Shown: piece by piece, positions 59,581 through 64,000 of the stretch | Numbering within the stretch: the stretch's first letter is position 1 | How the letters are laid out: each line of letters opens with the position of its first letter | NCBI GenBank assembly: GCA_964016885.1 | Contig: OZ024741.1 | Location: forward strand, 148,304,001 to 148,368,000 | From: Eledone cirrhosa | Lineage: Eukaryota | Direction: 5' to 3' | Length of the DNA stretch: 64,000 bases | Made by a program: the position numbers and the translations under genes | The notes under the pieces: generated by a model | What the model saw: only the letters and a program-made list of their open reading frames with translations | What the model was told of the DNA's origin: nothing | Database searches by the model: none

Positions 59581-62348
59581 TGAATTAATTGAATTAAATA
59601 TGGCATTTTCTTATTCGCTTTCGTACAGCTGTCTCTGAAGCGAGCTGCACATGGAGTGGACAAATATCACTTAAGTATCACGAAAATCCTTCTTATTCCT
59701 GTAAAGTATTCTTGGGTGGTGTACCGTGGGATATAACAGAAGGTAATCAAAAGTTTGGATTTATGTCAACCTAATTTTTCGAATTTCCATGTATTTGAAG
59801 AATTACTATTTTTTTGTAAAACTTATATCGGATTTAATTAAAAATATAATTCAAGATTGTCTCCAGGCTACATTCAACAAGTATGGTGCTGTGAAAATAG
59901 AATGGCCCGGTAAGGATGGTGAGTTTAAAATTAAACTTGAGCTCATTTTCTCTACATTTTGTAAAAGAGCCAAATTAGATATGGATCGTGATGCACTTGA
60001 TTTATTAACCAGTCGTGTAATTAGTGACGTGATAATTTTACGCATGGGTGGGTATTTTCCAGTGTTTTCGTTGTTGTTTCAAGATCCCGCCAGACAAAAT
60101 TGTGAATGCGCTACTCGTGATGTTTACGAGGGAGATGCACTGAAAAAGCTAGTCCAACTCGCTCGCTGGGATCGATCTTGCAAATTATCTCTGTAACAGT
60201 CACGTTAAGTAGGGAGGGGGTTCGATGGCTCATGACGCCAGATGTTTCCACCGTTATGGAGAAATATATTGGAGAAATATATTGGAGAGTGGCCGGTACT
60301 TTTTCAGCTAATTTGTGAATGGATTAAATCTTAAAGTTCTTCAGATGACTTTGTATCACAATGTTATTTATATTGTAGGTTATGTCTATTTGTTATACAA
60401 ATCTGAAATATCAGTTCACAGACTACTGCAAGCGTGTACCCATGATTACCACGGAAATGAATATTATTACAAGATTTCTAGTAGAAGAATTCGATCAAAA
60501 GAGGTAACTTAATATGTCCAACTAAAATATTAAAGGTTTGCCAAGTTGCACAAATAAGATGAACTTACTATTGTACTCATCTTCCGATGGTTTTGAAAGC
60601 AATATTAGTTTACAATATATGAGACTGATCCTTTGAATTACAAATGCAGTCCATCTGATGGGCTTCCAAACAATTTCGGTCTACCTAATTTCACTCGCAA
60701 GGCATATATTGATCCGATGCCACGCAGTGGGATCAAACCCGGCACTTAATTGGGAAACAAACTTTTTAACTATTCGACGGTAACACTGAAAATAGTTAAC
60801 ACTGCTTTTAATTCTTAAAATCTCAACTAGTCAGCAATAGAATTCAGTATATTTGAAATTATGTAAACGGCTGTGAATTGGTAGTGTCATCAATACGTCG
60901 GATAGAATGCTTTGTTATATTCGTTCCAGCCTTTTGTCCTTTTGAGGTCGATAAAAAGTACTAGTCCAGCACTGGGGTCGATCTTCCTCTATATTTTTCT
61001 CATTTCCTTTTTATCATATTCCTTCTCTGGAAGAAATAGGATGTTAAAACCTGCGGAAGGGATAGGCTACGGTATGTCACACAGCGTCCCCCACGATTCT
61101 ATCAGGAGTTACGGCTCCATACATACAAACAACTGTGTAATCTCCCCCTTTGACATTCGACCGACTGTACATCGACACTTGACTATTGGTGTGGAAATAC
61201 AGGATTAAACAAATTGTTTTTCTCTGGTTTAAGATTCAAGTGATACCGTGGGTGCTGAGTGACAGCAATCATATAATTCGACCCGTGCATAGACGAAACT
61301 TTAGCAAGACTGTGTTCGTTGGAGCCCTCCATGGTATGTTAACTGCTGAAACTCTGGCCAATATTATGAACGATTTGTTTAATGATGTGGTCCACGCTGG
61401 TATCGACACGGACGTTCATAAATATCCCATAGGTAAGTAAGCTCCTAATGTTCAAAATATCTTCACTTAACAATCGCGTGCTATTTTTTTTCTTCTTCTT
61501 TTAACAAAAACTAATTTTTTCTTCTTTGCTACAAAAACTAATCTTGTATCTAATCTTAATTTCTAATTTAGGCACAAGGCCAGCAATTTAGGAGTGGTTA
61601 GTCGAATATATTGATCCTGAAAGGATGAAAGGCAAAATTAACATCGGCAGAATTTGAATTCAGTAGAGCCGAACAAATTCTAAGCATTTGTTCGACGCTG
61701 TAACGGCTGCCATTCCCCTGTCCTACATATCTAATTTTAATTAAAAAAATAAAATGTTACTTTATTTTACCGATCCACTGATTTAGATATTAAGTTATTT
61801 ATTTTTTTTTTTTTATCTTAACTTTAAAAATTGTTTTTAGAATTCATTAGACAACGGTTTTAAATCTGAATGTGGGTGAAATTTCGACCCCGAAGTAGAG
61901 CTCCCCATAATTCTACGTGGTAGCTTGATATACTTGTAACAGCAACCAAATTCCTCTCAAATTCTTGCGAAAGAAAGTCACACTAAACGGTCCTAGATAC
62001 AAATGGACGAGTCGATTACGACTAAAAGGTTTTTAAGTATAGGCCTGCTTTATTAGTTGATATGCGTCTACATACTCACTGGTTGCTCACGACTGGAACG
62101 TCTTTGATCATTGGCCTGCTATATTTGAGTTGATTCTAATCTACGTGATAAATATGATCTTGACTGCTCGAAAGATTTTTTTTTTTTTTTTTTTAGAGAC
62201 TAAGTGTTTGGTCAAATAATTGCAGTGGATTTACTTGACCAAACGTTATTTTTTAATGCATCTACGTACACATGAGAATATTGTAAGGTTTGTATACGAA
62301 CACATTAGTCTGTATATAGAGCTAAGATCAAAGTAATATTGAAATCGA

Positions 62349-62379
<31 letters not shown>

Positions 62380-62880
62380 TTTATTTTTTTTTTAATGCTG
62401 ACAGATTGATAGAATCACGCTTAAAGAAGCCCCCCCCCCCCCATGAAGTGGAATGGCTGATGCGACAGGCAGTGCCGAGTTTACCATTGTGATTAAGTGT
62501 GCTTGGCCTCGTTGGCTAGGGAAACGCATCTTCCTGCTAACACAAATTTCTACTAACACAAATTTCTACTTCCTTCAGGGCCTCGTAAATTAACTAACAC
62601 AGGGCCTCATTTGTCCTAAATCTGGCACTGGCAACAGGTATTGCTGGCTGTTCTTTGTGGAAATGTTTTGCCCATCTTGTCTGCAGGGTACAGCTGATGG
62701 CATATTTTACCCTCACCTCTTATCTATTTTAAAAACCATTTTTGTTTTAATCAACTATAGATATATTCTGTTTTCTTTCCTCAAGGTTCAGGACGTGTAA
62801 CATTTAGTACCTATAGAAGTTACATGAAAGCTGTCCAAGCAGCATTTGTGGAAATCAAAACACCAAAGTTTTCTAAGAAG
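57032..62880 (+). CDS. CPEB1: Cytoplasmic polyadenylation element-binding protein 1, partial. Exons: 57032-57156, 57241-57339, 57439-57496, 57602-57770, 58397-58628, 59629-59742, 59856-59918, 60379-60503, 61234-61432, 62786-62880. The ZZ-finger exons lie beyond the window.
   Basis: Phase-consistent GT-AG chain encoding [108 protein letters not shown] (CPEB1/Orb-type RRM1 and RRM2). In-frame ATG at 57042; the true start is uncertain. Confidence 0.95.
59171..59545. repeat. Near-perfect palindrome (arms 59171-59352 and 59364-59545, 11-nt loop, 1 mismatch seen), derived from Penelope pLTR, with a hammerhead on each strand
   Basis: Direct base-by-base reading of both arms; flanked by (TA)n. Confidence 0.92.
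59437..59502 (+). ncRNA. Type I hammerhead ribozyme, sense to the CPEB1 pre-mRNA
   Basis: TATTTTGT-CTGAGGA-A-[GG..CATATT GTT AATATG..CC]-GAAA-T-ATAT-A-T-A^-ATGAAATA; 8-bp stem I with two G-U pairs. Confidence 0.7.
59629..59742 (+). CDS. CPEB1: CPEB1 exon, start of RRM1
   Basis: tacag|CT GTC ... GAA G|gtaatc; encodes [21 protein letters not shown]. Confidence 0.96.
61234..61432 (+). CDS. CPEB1: CPEB1 exon, RRM1/RRM2
   Basis: tttaag|ATT CAA GTG ... ATA G|gtaagt; encodes [20 protein letters not shown]. Confidence 0.96.
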
Positions 62881-63530
62881 GTATATTTGTCACTAAGAAA
62901 TAGATAGCACTAACACATGACTCGGATTATAGGTGTTAATGAGCCCATGTGGAATATTTATGCATAATAAACATAGATTTAGTCCCACTGAGTATTTAAA
63001 GCAGTGATCATGTTGCTACTTTAGCATCAGGGTTAGGAGTTGATACATCCATTCCATTTCATCATCGTTGCTATTCAACATTCGCTCGCTTGTTTATACT
63101 CTATGTAAAGGAGCTTTCAACGAAGGTAGTTGATTTACAAAGTCTATAACTTGACTGCCTTTCATATCTTGGCATGAGTCGGTGCTGATGACTAATTACA
63201 GTGAAACATGTATCTTACTCTGGTGCGAAGGTTGCCCTATCTCTCTCATTCTTGCGCTCTGTCTCGCTGTGCTAAACGAGAAAAGAAAACGTGAGGTAAT
63301 TTAATCCATTGTTTTACGATCGTTTCGGAAGGCAAAAGTATGACTGAACAGACTAATTCATACAATCAGCCCCGGGAAAGCACGCACTCACTGTGTGTGT
63401 GCGCCACATCACCGAATTAATATTTTGTTTGCCGTAATTCCTCTTAACTAATTATGCAATCTGAACCTGATTGTCACCAGGGTCTTACATAACCAAGTCA
63501 TTGAAATGTTTTTGCAACAAAACTTCAAAA

Positions 63531-63583
<53 letters not shown>

Positions 63584-64000
63584 TACACACTGGCTCTGTA
63601 ACTGCTAACAGTATTTTATAAGGGTTCAAAACCAACTTTTTAGTTTAACAATACTTTTATTACAAGTTTTTTCACAAGTAAAAACTTGTAATAAAAGTAT
63701 TAACATAGATAACGAAGATATCTTGTGCATATACATTTTTGTACGTATACGTTTATATGTATGTTTATGTAAATATAAACACGCACACATATATAAATAT
63801 ATTTACTCACACACATACTTACGCGTGATATAAACAGCTTCACAATGATTTCTACTGTAGGCACCACAATGCCATCAATTTGGGGAGAGGTAAAAGTCGA
63901 TTAAATCGAACAATAATAGCCAATGTGTGTAGCAAATCTTAAACTGCTCGTCTTCTATAGTTTGTCACCCAACTCCTTCCTCAGTCATCTCCCTTTCAGT

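Noticed and set aside
59919-60378. Micro-exon supplying the RRM1 loop found after WPGKD in vertebrate CPEB1
   Set aside because: The flanking exons join in phase directly (EWPGKD-G-YVYL) and no convincing AG..GT micro-exon was seen.

Overview
Repeat-rich, intron-containing animal genomic DNA. The RTE LINE, tRNA-SINE and MITE content and (ATG)n/(TA)n tails suggest a coleoid cephalopod such as an octopus (inference). Three spliced genes can be rebuilt by hand with consistent GT-AG sites and intron phases. (1) RPS27 on + (4 exons, 84 aa, TCT/5'TOP promoter). (2) An 8-exon, 853-aa gene on - (26683->16315) that joins three tandem GPR1/FUN34/YaaH (SatP/Ady2 carboxylate-channel) repeats to a C-terminal YrdC/Sua5 threonylcarbamoyl-AMP synthase domain with intact catalytic motifs; this is the most interesting feature. 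(3) CPEB1 on + (57032->beyond the window). Between them is a ~24 kb transposon cluster: an intact 1039-aa RTE LINE with a PHD finger inside its RT region, degenerate RTE and CR1-type copies, four Penelope-like elements whose pseudo-LTRs carry hammerhead ribozymes (one with a U3-A8 core variant), Helitron-like elements and a 200-N gap. A near-perfect 375-bp palindrome with a hammerhead on each strand lies in a CPEB1 intron. All calls are from reading the sequence; no searches were run.
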